A stretch of 64,000 nt of DNA from Takakia lepidozioides. Its lineage: Eukaryota > Plantae > Bryophyta. The position numbers and the translations under genes were made by a program. The notes under the pieces are model-generated. The model made no database searches. It was not told the DNA's origin and was given only the letters and a program-made list of their open reading frames with translations. Positions 37,531 to 49,600 of this stretch are shown here, one piece after another. The DNA lies in NCBI GenBank assembly GCA_030704615.1, contig CM060734.1:37820001-37884000 (forward strand), in the 5' to 3' direction. How positions within the stretch are numbered: position 1 is the first letter of the stretch; each line of letters opens with the position of its first letter.

Positions 37531-39008
37531 TAGATGCAGTAATGTCTTGGTCTCATCCTCCACCAAATTGTCTACAAGGGGCAGCTTCAGCACCCTCTGT
37601 ACTAGTTGTATCTGCTTCGTTCTCACCACCCTCATCCTTGTTGTCATGTAGTTGTTCATGAATTCCTGCACCAAATCAGTACAAGGTTTCGGCAGTGCAG
37701 CTGACCACTTCAAGAACTCCAACATGCCCGCCTGATACCAAAGCCTTTTTTGTTCTGTTTTGCAAAAACATCGCACCCATGCTTACGCATATCCTGCAAT
37801 CGGCACGTTCCTAGACACCATTGTGCAGGATCTTCAAAAATCTTGTGTTACCGCTACTCCATGTTCAATGAAAACCGCTACAATACCCAAAACTCTGACA
37901 AAATCAACACTTTGTTAGGACCTTAATGAAGGGAGTGTGGGTGTAGCTTTCAACAACATTCATGCAAGTCACTTTGGGCTCCATTGGACTCTACACAATC
38001 GGGAACATACCAACATGTCCACTGATGCTAAAGAAGCTTATGCATGACAAGGCTGCCCCTGGTATGTGCTAGAAGAAATACGTACAAGGCATAACACGAA
38101 CAATCATCTTAGACAAATATGGAGCCTCATGTGCCATCATTAGCACTGCTGCTGCAAATGGAAAGACATTATTCCCAAGGGCAACACCTTGGAATATAAC
38201 GATAACCTCTTTGGCACTCAAGAAAACCACGGTAATCAAACTTCCAAACACTGGGGTTTCTTCTCTTTGGTTCACCAACCAACCTAAGTTCCAGAGACAC
38301 TACCATACAAGTCTTATATAATTTACATCACACAGGCCTGCTGGGTAATAAGTTGGGTACCCTGTCTTTCATGTTGTAGGTATATCTTTTCACAGCTATC
38401 ATTTCTTCCATGCATCTGTACTGTTGCACATTCTCTCTGCTCTCACCCACTTAGACATGGGTTAGCAAACAGGTTGTCTGAGACTCTTAAGGCCAGTAAC
38501 TTTGTACTCCCAAATCTACTTGGTATCACATCGAGATTCATGGATAGGGTTGAAGTATAATGATCCAATGTCATGTTAGTATTCTCATTGTCAGGCCCTG
38601 TGAAGTCATTGGATGCAAAGTTTGTTGCGTAAGTGCAGAAAGGCATCCCTCTTCTTCATCAGTGAAGAGGGTCACCAGAAAATAAGAACAAGGAGAAAGA
38701 GAGATCAGCCTCAGCAGGCCAGTGGGCCTTGTTAAAAATGAAGAATGATCGGATTAGAGACCGAAGTTGTATTGTCAACTACATATCGAGATGTCTTGCT
38801 GCATATGGTGCTGGCAAGCTGTGCTTTCCAACATGGAAAGGGAAGGAAGCATGGAAGTCCTGCTATTTACCCAGTTTCCGTTGAAGAAGCCCAATCATAC
38901 AATGAAACAAGAGAAGTGGACCCTGTAGAAGAATATGTTTGCAGTCATCAGAGCCGACAAGAACTACCACTGGCCAGACACAGTGGAAACATTGCTTGGT
39001 GCTGGTAG

Positions 39009-40746
39009 TCAAATGGGCTCAGACTTGCCCTCTGGAATGCCTTGCTTCTCTTGCAAAAAGTGCTCTGCCTCCAGTGCAGCCATGCATCCTGCACATTCTC
39101 ACATTTGCAGGAGTGAGTGACCTTTCCTTTTTCTCCTCATTGCAGCTGTGAGCGAAAATCAAGTATTTCCATTACCTCTGCAGCCCTAACACATATCAGT
39201 TCCTACAACTGTCCAAAGGAATTCCGGAATTTTATGACCTCCAATTACAAGACTCCATTTGTCTCTTCCATGATCTTTGGCCGGGAAGAGTGCTGTGTCC
39301 AGTCCTGTCTATAGATTTGCAGAGGACCGCAGTTGCTCGAAATGGAAAGAGGGAGGATGTACCAGTGCCAGCAGCAGTGATAGCTTGTCTGTACTTTTTA
39401 TCTTGGACATCACCAGCAGCAAACACACCCGGAACACTGGTCTGTGTGGTGCCGGGCACGGTTACCACATATCCATCTGCATCCGTCTGTAGCTGCCCAT
39501 CCAAGAATTTTGAGGCCGGCTCATGCCCAATGGCAAAAAATAGCCCTGACACTTCCAAATCTGACACAATCCCAGTTTTCAAGTTCTTCACCTGAAAGAT
39601 AACAGAGGTTTGTCAGAAACTGATATGCAAAAAATGACTATAACACCTCCATTGGTATGTGATCTTTCACTTGATACGGAACATGAATCACTGACCGTTG
39701 TCTGCTATGCACACCCTTGAAGGCACTAACCCTTCAAAGGTATGACCCACCCAATATTGCTAGTGCCCATGGGCCGTCGGTTTGCGATACGGCTACTGAA
39801 AGTCAGAGCCCACTACGCTGAACACAGTACTGAGCCCACAGTTATAACACAGAGTAACACATACTATGCTTGCCCTGATGCACTAATGAAAAAAAGAATA
39901 GCATAAGGGACACCGCTTTAGGGTTGGTACCTTCAATACACCAAGCAGGCCCCTTGCACCGCCTACAGCCTCCACCACCGTACTGTCCCACAAAACTTCA
40001 ATCTTGGGATTATTCAATGCCCGGGCTTGCATGATCTTGCTGGCTCGAAACTCATTGCGCCGGTGAATCAAGTACACTTTCGATCCATATTTCGTCAAAA
40101 AATTGGCTTCCTCCATAGCTGAATCGCCGCCTCCAATAACAGCTAAAGGTTTATTCCTAAAGATGGGGGCCGCCCCATCACACACAGCACACGCCGAGAT
40201 ACCCTTATTCCAGTACCCCTCAACCTCCCCTGCCCCTCGGAAATCCAACCTTTTCGCAACCGCCCCTGTTGCAATGATGACAGTATCTGCCTCCACCACT
40301 TTGGAATCTGTATACAGTCTAAATGGTCGTTTCGATAAGTCGACACGGTTGACCGTCTCAGAGAAGACCTTTGCCCCAAAACGCACACTCTGCTCCCTGA
40401 ATTTGTCGGTCAATTCTCCTCCCAATATCCCCTCTGGAAACCCTGGGAAATTTTCCACATCAGTGGTTGTGGTGAGCTGACCTCCCGCAGCAATGCCATT
40501 GGCCAACCAGCCCTCGAACAGAATAGGATGGAGCTCAGCACGCGATGTGTAGATTGCTGCTGTGTGCGCGGCAGGTCCTGACCCCACGATACAAACATAG
40601 GTTTGAAGCTTCTCAGTTCCATTCTCGATTCCGTTCTCAGTTGTAGTCATGGATGCCACAAAATCCTTCCTTTGAACAATCCTAGTGGCGGGGAAGGAGT
40701 GAGATAAGCCTTTCCAGCGACGGGCAATCTGCCGGCCCAGCAGCAT
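39009..40746 (-). CDS. NTR: NADPH-dependent thioredoxin reductase (NTRA/NTRB type), 3 coding exons
   Basis: Exons 40746-39931, 39591-39363 and 39088-39009. Motifs [31 protein letters not shown], active site [30 protein letters not shown] and [33 protein letters not shown] second in-frame ATG lies at 40650. Confidence 0.97.
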
Positions 40747-41365
40747 GCGATCTTGGAAACCGTCGCTCTGTATTCAATCCTTAATTGACGAACAACCCCA
40801 GATTTTCTGTAAATAGAGGAGGAATCTGATGCGTTTGGACTTTCTGTTAACAATGACGTAGCCTGGAGAGCTAAAATTCTGGACTGAAATGACTTCGGAT
40901 TCAGATCATTAACTTCACAATATCAGATACTTACCCTTGCCGAAGATTTCTCCAGCATAGAAGGGCCCTAGTTCTCAGACAGCCACAGCTTACGCACAGA
41001 ATCCAGAACATTACACCATTAGCTCTGTTCTCAGCAACAACAAGGCCACGCTAGAAGATACTACTCAATCGGGAGAAATAGTCTGCCTCTCGCACGAATT
41101 GCCAAGAAGAACAACTGGATTCTGCTAATGCAGCGGAACGGATCAATGGAGAAACGTGCCTAAGAACGGGCTGGGCCAAAGTTGACCAGGGCGGGGTGGC
41201 GGGTTGGAGGGTTTAGGGTTCTAAACTCTAAACCACTACTAACCAACTATTCACTAATTACTAAACTGTGTACTAAAACCTGTAGCTAGCCCTAATGACG
41301 AACTAGTTAACTTTGACTAACTGCCTAAACCACCATCCATCCAGCCACATATCTGAAAAGCAGGA

Positions 41366-44300
41366 TCATTATGCATGGACAAAAGCTTGTTGGAAAAGGA
41401 TGATGACAAGCTGGTGAGGTTACCTTAGGATTATGAGTTTTGTCTTATTGTAACGACTACTTTAGGATTAGGTGATATGTGTGATGGACCTGGATTGTAA
41501 TGTCAAACTTGGCCAACAATTAGGTGCCACATAACATCCTTGTTTAGCCTTTGGGTTAATGTTTCAGCTCTTGAGCTAGGTGATGATTTGGGTTTCAAAT
41601 ACTACACCTCATGTGTTTATGTGTGTTCGTACTGTGTATGGATTGTGTGAGTGTGGGATGAATCGTGGTGACTATATATATCCTTTGCGGTTGATTCTCC
41701 GTATCTGTAAGCAAGCTATGTCGGTTACATTTCCCTTAGTCGTACTGGTCACGGGAGAAGAAGGAGGAATACTCCCAAGGACATGAATAATGGTGAAGAT
41801 GGAGGGCAGAAATGCCATAGCTTAGGATGAATAACATGCGAACGTCGCTAAAGATTGAACAGAGTTGGCTGAGCAATAGAGATGATGTACAAGAGCACAT
41901 GCCATCGGCACACAAAGCATTTTGTGGTTTTTTCTTGTGTAGTTTGTGAGATGAGTTGCATAGAGTCTGCAAGAATACTTACCCCTTGCACAATCTCATG
42001 CAAGTTACCTCTTATTTGTCATAAAAAATGCATGCTCGCTGGAGAATGTGTAAGCTGGGTTGAGGTATGCATTCCCAATCATAGGAACCAAAGAGGCTGG
42101 GTATGAGCTTGAGAACTTCCCATTTCCAAACAAGCCAAGTCCTCTGCGTCTATGGGAGTTCATCAAATGAGGGGTTGTCATCGTCCTTGCCAACTTACAA
42201 CCCAATGGCTCAACATAGCCTCAGTTAGATGTCGCAACTTGGGAGGAAGTGGTGGCCCACGGTGTGCTGATAGAACGAATCCAACATAGCAGCTCATATT
42301 TCTTATTGACAATCTCAAACATGAGTCTAAGGGACATGTTTATCTTGTTGTGGCAATTGACTACTTAATGAAATGGGTTGAAGTCCGACCCTTGATCACT
42401 ATAGATAGTGATGAGTGAGTGATGATGAGGTGCAATTCTTCTTTGACGAGGTAATACTATGCCACGGATGTCCTCTTGAAATTCTTACGGATCAAGGTAT
42501 TATTGAGTTCTGCCAACTCTGCATGGAGGTTGTATGCTTTAGTCTTAATATCAAACATAATGTCAATGCATCTTATAACCCGCAGTGCAATGGCTTGACC
42601 GAACGATCTAACAAAACCATTTGTCAAATGCTCGAAAAGAAGGGCACTTTGATTGATGAGTAGGATGTTGCTCTACCTACATTTCTGTTTGTTTCCAAAA
42701 CCTCAATGCATGTCACTGCCAAACTTTCTTTCTTTGAGCCCATATGTGGGCAGGAAGGACAACACTCTACTCTCTTACACATTATTTTTTTGAATGTTTA
42801 TCCTTATGACCATGTGGATTGGCATTAGTTTTACACAACTTGGATTGTAAACATCGTTGTTTGCGGGAGGTTGTTGTAAACAATATTGTGTTGGCTTAGG
42901 TTTCATCAGCTAAGAACTACAATAGGCGTGTTGTGTACTCAGATTCTTTTCAAATAGACAAGTCAGTTTGTGTCAGGCTACAACCAATGAAATATGTCTC
43001 CAAAGCTAAGCGAATGATTGATGGGCCCTATCTGATTTAAAAAATTATTTTCTGAGCGTCAATATCAGTTGCTTTCTCAACATGAATCGACTGTTGGGAT
43101 TCCTGAGATAGTAAATGTATCTTTGTTGGTTCCTTACACACTTACTTCAAATACAACAACACTTGTAGCAAACGCCCAGCCAATACACTCTGTAAAGCCC
43201 GGTCTATTTTGCGTTGCTGCTCATGTTTTTTATCCTTGGTGATAACAACCTTGGCAGCTTCTTCGCCGCTTCTTCTTCGAATCCAAAATCAGAAGAGGTA
43301 TTTAATTGAAGCTTAGGCTTTGGCAACAGGTCATCTCAGGATAATCAATGAATTTGCAAATCTCCTCACTTAGGCGCAATACAACACATGAACAAACGTG
43401 GCTTCAAAGTTACGTGCAACAACTGCGGTTTCAAAGTCATTCGGTCCAACTGCAGATGAAGATGCCATTTGAGTGTTGAGAATCGTCAAATTATATTCAC
43501 GCCAACGCATGCAACTTATTCTCAGGTGGCTGATGCTTCTGTTTCCTAGCGTAGTCATAGCAATATTGTTAGTTTTCTTTGCATGCTAGTTTGTGACATC
43601 AACTTGTAAGCAGTTGGGATATTTCCAGCAAAGAGTTTTGTTCTTCGCTCAATTTGCAGAGCAAAGTTTTTTCTTTGCTGGTTTTTTCATCTTTCTTGCA
43701 TCGGATTGTTAAGTGATTTTAATTTTAGTGTGAAACTAACTAGAAGATATCTAGTTATTTTATTTTAACACTTGAAATTACTTCAATTACTAAATCAGAT
43801 GTCTAGACCCTCGGAACATCTTATCCTCACGTTCGTGTTCGTGAGGCTCATCTCTCTAAGTTGAGCCTGCACAACCATGAGCTCTCTGTTTCATGTGTAT
43901 GAGTATGGAGGGATTGACAATGAGTTCTAAAAAGGTGGATTCTCCATAGCTTGGGGTGCCCTAGACTCGACCTTGTTTATGAATGATGAATGCTCTTTAT
44001 GGAGTAGTATCAGTTTTGTGTATGTGCATGTGTTATTTGTTTTGAATAGCGATATAGTTGTGTACCAATATATATATGCATGAGATGATGCTTTAAATTT
44101 TGATTAGATAGGGGACCGTTTGGCTTTTTGAAGTTTGAACCTATGCTTGCGGGAGCTTGCTTGATTGGAGGGGCCAACATGCATCATATATGTGGGGTTA
44201 AGATTCCTCATTTACTTTTATTTCTCATTATGGATGGATAGAAGGTTATTGGAAAGGGATGATGACAAATTGGATGAGGTTATTTTAATATTATGAGTTT

Positions 44301-44632
44301 TGTTTTAATGTAACTGCTAGTTGGATTAGGTGGTAGTCCTACTAGAACTTGGCCAACTTTTCAGTGCGCATCCTTGTTTAGCCTTTTGGTTTCGCTTATT
44401 GCTTGAGCTCTAGAGCTCGGTGATGATTTGGGTTTGGAATAGTGCACATCAAGTGTTTAATAGGTGTGCTCATACTGTGGATGAAAGGATTGTTTGAATA
44501 TTGGATGAGTCATGGTGGCTAAACCTCTCCGGTTGATTCTCCCTTATCTACTGCAAGCAAGCTTTACATTTCCCTTAGTCGTACTGGTCGCGGGAGAGCA
44601 AGGAGGAATAATCCCAAGGACATGAATAATGG
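41366..44632 (+). mobile_element. Old, internally deleted Ty3/gypsy LTR element
   Basis: Diverged ~420-bp direct repeats at 41366-41793 and 44225-44632 (e.g. TTACATTTCCCTTAGTCGTACTGGTC in both). An integrase relic lies at ~42330-43050 (VAIDYLMKWVEVRPL; HGCPLEILTDQG; YNPQCNGLTERSNKTI). Confidence 0.85.
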
Positions 44633-46621
44633 ATGAGAGTATATGACTGACATCTCTTTTTCCTCTTTTTTTGGTTTTAGAAAGGTGGAATCACATAAAT
44701 CTTTTTTAACTTTAAATTTAAACCAAGCCTCAAAGGGCAATTGGCTCTCTTGCTTTGCTTTGGCGCAACATAAGAGGAAGGTAGGACTAGGGAGCATGAC
44801 TCAACACAACAACCAATCAGCGCCTTGATTGGTTGTAAGGTACTTTGACCACATTTTCTCCATTGACTTGCATGTCTCCGCAAAGTCTCTCAGTATGATA
44901 CACAAAATTTTCATACATATCCTGGTCGGGAAAAAAAAATCCTGGTGTTAGATTTATCATTTGTATTTAATTTCTAATGATATTGTTTCTTTTAGTACTC
45001 CTCCTAAGACTCTGCCTGGACAGTTAGCTAGCTAACTGACACCGTTAACTAACATATATTCAACGAATCGTTAGAGCGTAACGGAGGTGGGATGTGCACA
45101 CCAAGCTTTGGAGCAGGGTTGGCCTAGAAGAAGCCCGAGAGGATTTTTCAAGCCAAGTTTGTTGAGCATTCGAGCATTCGTCTGCGACAAGCTTCATTGC
45201 GGGTCCTCAGCTATGGCTGATCATCCTTATTCCCAGGTTTGTTTTCCTCCTCCGTCTTTTTTATTTCTGTCAGTATTACCCGCGTTTATCAACGCTGTAG
45301 CATCACTCTTTTACTCCTCCCGTTGAAGTGTATGTTTCAGCCAGTAGTTTTCGTGGTGCTCTGTCTTTGTTCTTCTTCTTCGTTTTAAATAATTTCGCGG
45401 TTTTTCCTTCAGCTCTTTATACACTGCTAATTTCTGCCACAACCCCTGCTATGTCCAGTTTCTTTTCATTCTCCCTCTTTTAGGTTCTCTTTAACCTATC
45501 TCACCAAATTCTTGTTACTCAGCAAGGCTATCGAGAGACTATCAATTGGCCAAACGACTCCAAATACTTCAATTATGAGAACAAGAAGCTCTTCATTTTT
45601 TCCATTTATGTGCATAGTGCCCACAAATCTGAGTTTTAGGTGAAGTTTCTCTTGGCCTTGATGAATAGGACTTTCTCCTCTTGAAATTACCAATAACTGT
45701 TTGTTGCTTTCAACGCTATTCCCTTCCCTCGTCCTACAATCTTTATTTGCATCAATGCAGACCTCACTGTTGGGGCACAATTTTATTTTCATATATCTCT
45801 GGTTCAGCGTTGGGTCCGCCTCTTCTGTCTTGGTGTCTCCTATTTTCTTTCCTCTTAACTGAGAAGAAACTTATGGTAAAAATCTGTGCTCTTGACTACC
45901 TCTTCTATCTCTCGCATTCTGCCAGTACATTGTGGAATACAATATTTTTAACAATTAAGACTAGTCAGAGATATAAGTGGCACACCTCAATACTGACAGT
46001 GTGAGAACTTGTCATTTGCTGCATTTCATCAAACGAATTAGTTATGCTAATTAATGATTTAGCTTGAGAGACCATTTTCTTTTTGCTATGAAGTCACTTT
46101 GGAACACATCTACAAGCAATGAGTGGTAAAGGTTTTTTGGAGGGAAAGAAGAATCCATTTACTGAGAAACCATCAAAAGGAAAGGAGAAAGTGGGACCCT
46201 CCCTCAAAACCATCCCAAGCCCATAACACACATAGGGAGTAATCCACTAAAGATTTGCCCAAAAACCTTCATGCAGCTTGAGCAGCAGGAGGTGGTAGGG
46301 ATTGTCACGAGTTATATTTGGATCTGTTCTAACAGATAGGTAAAACAACAATTGGGGGCCCAAAAATGTACCAGTCCCCTTATGAATTTGACCTACAATC
46401 TGGACATTATTTCATAAGCCGTACTGGTTTTGAATCTTTCTAACCACAGGATAGTCCCCTCTTGTTGCCTGCAAAGGTTTATCTTTCCACGGCTGAAATT
46501 CCTATTATTTTTTTCCTGTCTTACGGATCCCGCTTTCTGCCAGTGCGCAAATAGGTGTGTTTAACACTGTTCTGTATGGATTCCTATTAAATTTGCTAGG
46601 CCTGTCTTGATGTGGTGAGGA

Positions 46622-49600
46622 ATGGATGGCAAACAGGGTAAGAATGGGAAGGTGGAAGAGAACGGAACCTCAAAACATGGAGCACCTAAAGAAACTACAG
46701 GTCCATCTTTGCCTCTCTCAAATCATATTCTTTTTAGTTCTTCATCTTTGTGCACCGTGGACTTGTCCTGCATCAGAGTACTTGTTTAGGCACCTTGATT
46801 CTGTACTGGAACACTACAATGGGATTCAAACTCCTAGAATAAAAATCTTTGCCATGATATATTGAAGGTTTTCAAAGATCCAATGTTCCACCTACAGTGA
46901 GACAGCAATTTATATTCGCTGGTTGACAGTTTTTGTTCATTGATGTGTAGGTAGGCCCTGTCCAGTTAAGCAATGTGAGATCCCTTTTGTCTGTCCAGGA
47001 GTCTGTGACTGCCTTGTACAGATATATAGCTCTCGATAAAATAAGACTGCGACAGTGGATCTATTGTGATTTAAATAATGTGTTCGAGTCAAAACAATCT
47101 GTTCATGTTCTGCGTGTTCTTTAGTGTCAGATCACGAAAAGCGAGTTAGGGGCTCAGAGGTTTTTGTGGGCGGACTTCAACGTAACACCACTGAAGAAAT
47201 CCTTAGCGAGGTAAGGAACTTTTCTAAATGTTGCAAGGTATTGTGGTCCATGACAGAAAATTGGCCTTAGATTAAAAACAGTGTAAAAGTTTGAGAAAAT
47301 GTAAGTTCACTCAAGCGAAAGACCCTGCATCTGTTGCTAGTTGTTACGTGTCAATCAAGGGAGTATTGGGATGTAGTATGCTCATTGGGCATTGCTGGAT
47401 TGTTTTGGAGGAAAATATGTTGCTCTTCTGTGAGCAAGCAAGGAAGCTGTATCTGCTTAAGGAAGAATGCAATTCCATGACGAGATGTAGCTAACTCGCA
47501 ACAAGTTCCTCATGTCTTGTGGTGAATCATGGGTAAAATGTCTTCTGGAAAGTAACTTTCCTTCTTTCTAAGACAATGAGGTGGCTGTGTGTCTTGCCTT
47601 CTAGTTATTTGCAAAATGCGGGGACATCATGGAAGTGCGGATCATGAAAGATCACCTTGGAGTCTCTAAGGTAGGGCAAACAAGATCCTACCTCTGCTCC
47701 TATCAGCCAACCTTTGTCAGCCCTTGAGCAATCTAGCAATTACTTTTATCTACAGTGAAAATAGAGGTGCATAAAGGCTTCTGCATTGCAACTTTTACAA
47801 AGGCTAAAGACCAGGGAAACAAGACCTGTTGTGATCACCACCCCCACCCTAGATTTAGATTTAGATTAAAGTTTCCAATGGGTGGACTATGCCTGACAGC
47901 AGAACTAAGCAAACACATGCACTCCCCAAGCCGTTTCAGTTCATCCGTCTCTCTGGTTTTATCCATTTGTCAGTATAGACGGCTTATAATAAATGTCTGT
48001 CTGTTCTGCATTTGCGGCCTTTATGGAGCATTACAGTAAGAACAAACTTCTGTTGCAATGGAAAGTGGGTTGACAAATGTATTATGGTATTCATGTATTC
48101 AGATTTGTGTCCTTTCTCATCCTTAGGCATACTAAATATTGCAAGGGCTTGGTATGGGTAGGGATATGGGTTTGTCCGCTTTTCAAGCAGGGAAGCAGCT
48201 CTTAAGGCCCAAAAGGACAAGAATGGCACCCTGGTTTGGCTCCTCCTCAACCTTCCTTTCTCTGGCCCTTCCTCTTCAGTGTGACTTGATGGGACACTCT
48301 CCAATCTTGTCAGCAGTCTGAGCAGTTGTCACTTCTATGAACCGTCTGAATTGTCTTTCCCTTGGAGAATATCTAAGATACAAGGCTGCAGTCATAATTG
48401 TTCTCTGCTTTTGTTAATTGTGGTATGATGCTGTCTCGGCTTTCACAGAACATCTTTTGTGGCCTTGGATATGGTCTTCTCTGTCATTTTGTTACCATGA
48501 GAAAAGCTAGCAAGCTGGATATGTTATTATTGCAGCTTCTGTCTGTTCCAGTAACATATTTTTGCTTTGTGGCAGCTGCAAGGCAAGAAGATAGGGGTCA
48601 CTCCATCAGCAGATCAGGATACTCTCTTCCTCGGAAATCTACGGAAAGGTGCATGACCTCCTTGGATTGAGCTCTCATTCAAGCTTTAGACTGACCATTA
48701 CTAGTAGCTCTTTAGTCTCTGATGTCACGGTATCGTACATTGAATAGGTGGGAGGGCTTTTATTTTCATCCTGGCCATCTGTTTGCTGATGGACCCTCAT
48801 GTGGGAGTTGTGGCTACTGGTTGGATTCTACGTGCTTTGGGTGGTGTAGTCTGCCAAGTTCTTACTTTGGTCATGTGTGTGTTGAACAGAGTGGGGTCCT
48901 GAGGAGGTAGACACAATGGTGAGACAGGTATGGGTTTTACTGATTCACAAGCTCTTCAATAATGTCAGCAGAAGTCAAGTTGGGAAGATGTCAGCAAACT
49001 CCAGAATGGCAGTGACTAAGTTGCAGGTGTACGTGGCAGCAGGTCTTCCAAGATGTTCAGTCAGTGGAGCTTGCCATGCCACCAAGCACTGGGGAGTCGC
49101 CATCAAACAAAAAGCGACAAAATCGCGGCTTTGCTTTCGTCCACTTTTCCAGTCATGCAGTGCGTGCTCCATTCTCCCCCACCTATTTCGGTCCATTTAC
49201 CAGAGCCTATCCTTCTTTGGGTGCTTGCACCACCCACTCTGAGCAACAAGAGCTTTGTAAAAGGGAGAAGGCTGCTTGTGGAGGGCCCCTCTCTCTTTCT
49301 TATTTTTTGCTTTCTCTTGTCCCATAAGCTCTTCAAGCTTTCCGGGGACGATATAAAGTACCATTTCATTTCTCTCTTCCCGTGCCGCTTCCCCCTCCCT
49401 CAGAAAATCCTTGGCCCCTACCTCATTTTTCTTCAAGGGATTGTCTAAGAGTCAATGCCTCATGCAGGTAAGTTGCCAAGCATTTCTGATTTGCGTAATG
49501 GAAGCCCTCCATGACACATTGGGTATCATGGGATAGACAATTTAATCTCCCACAGATCTCATAGTAGAAAGGCCAGTGAAAGAAGAAATGTTCTTCACTT

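Noticed and set aside
41170-41235. Site II plus telo-box module in the NTR promoter
   Set aside because: Only one TGGGCC and imperfect telomere-like units; within chance expectation.
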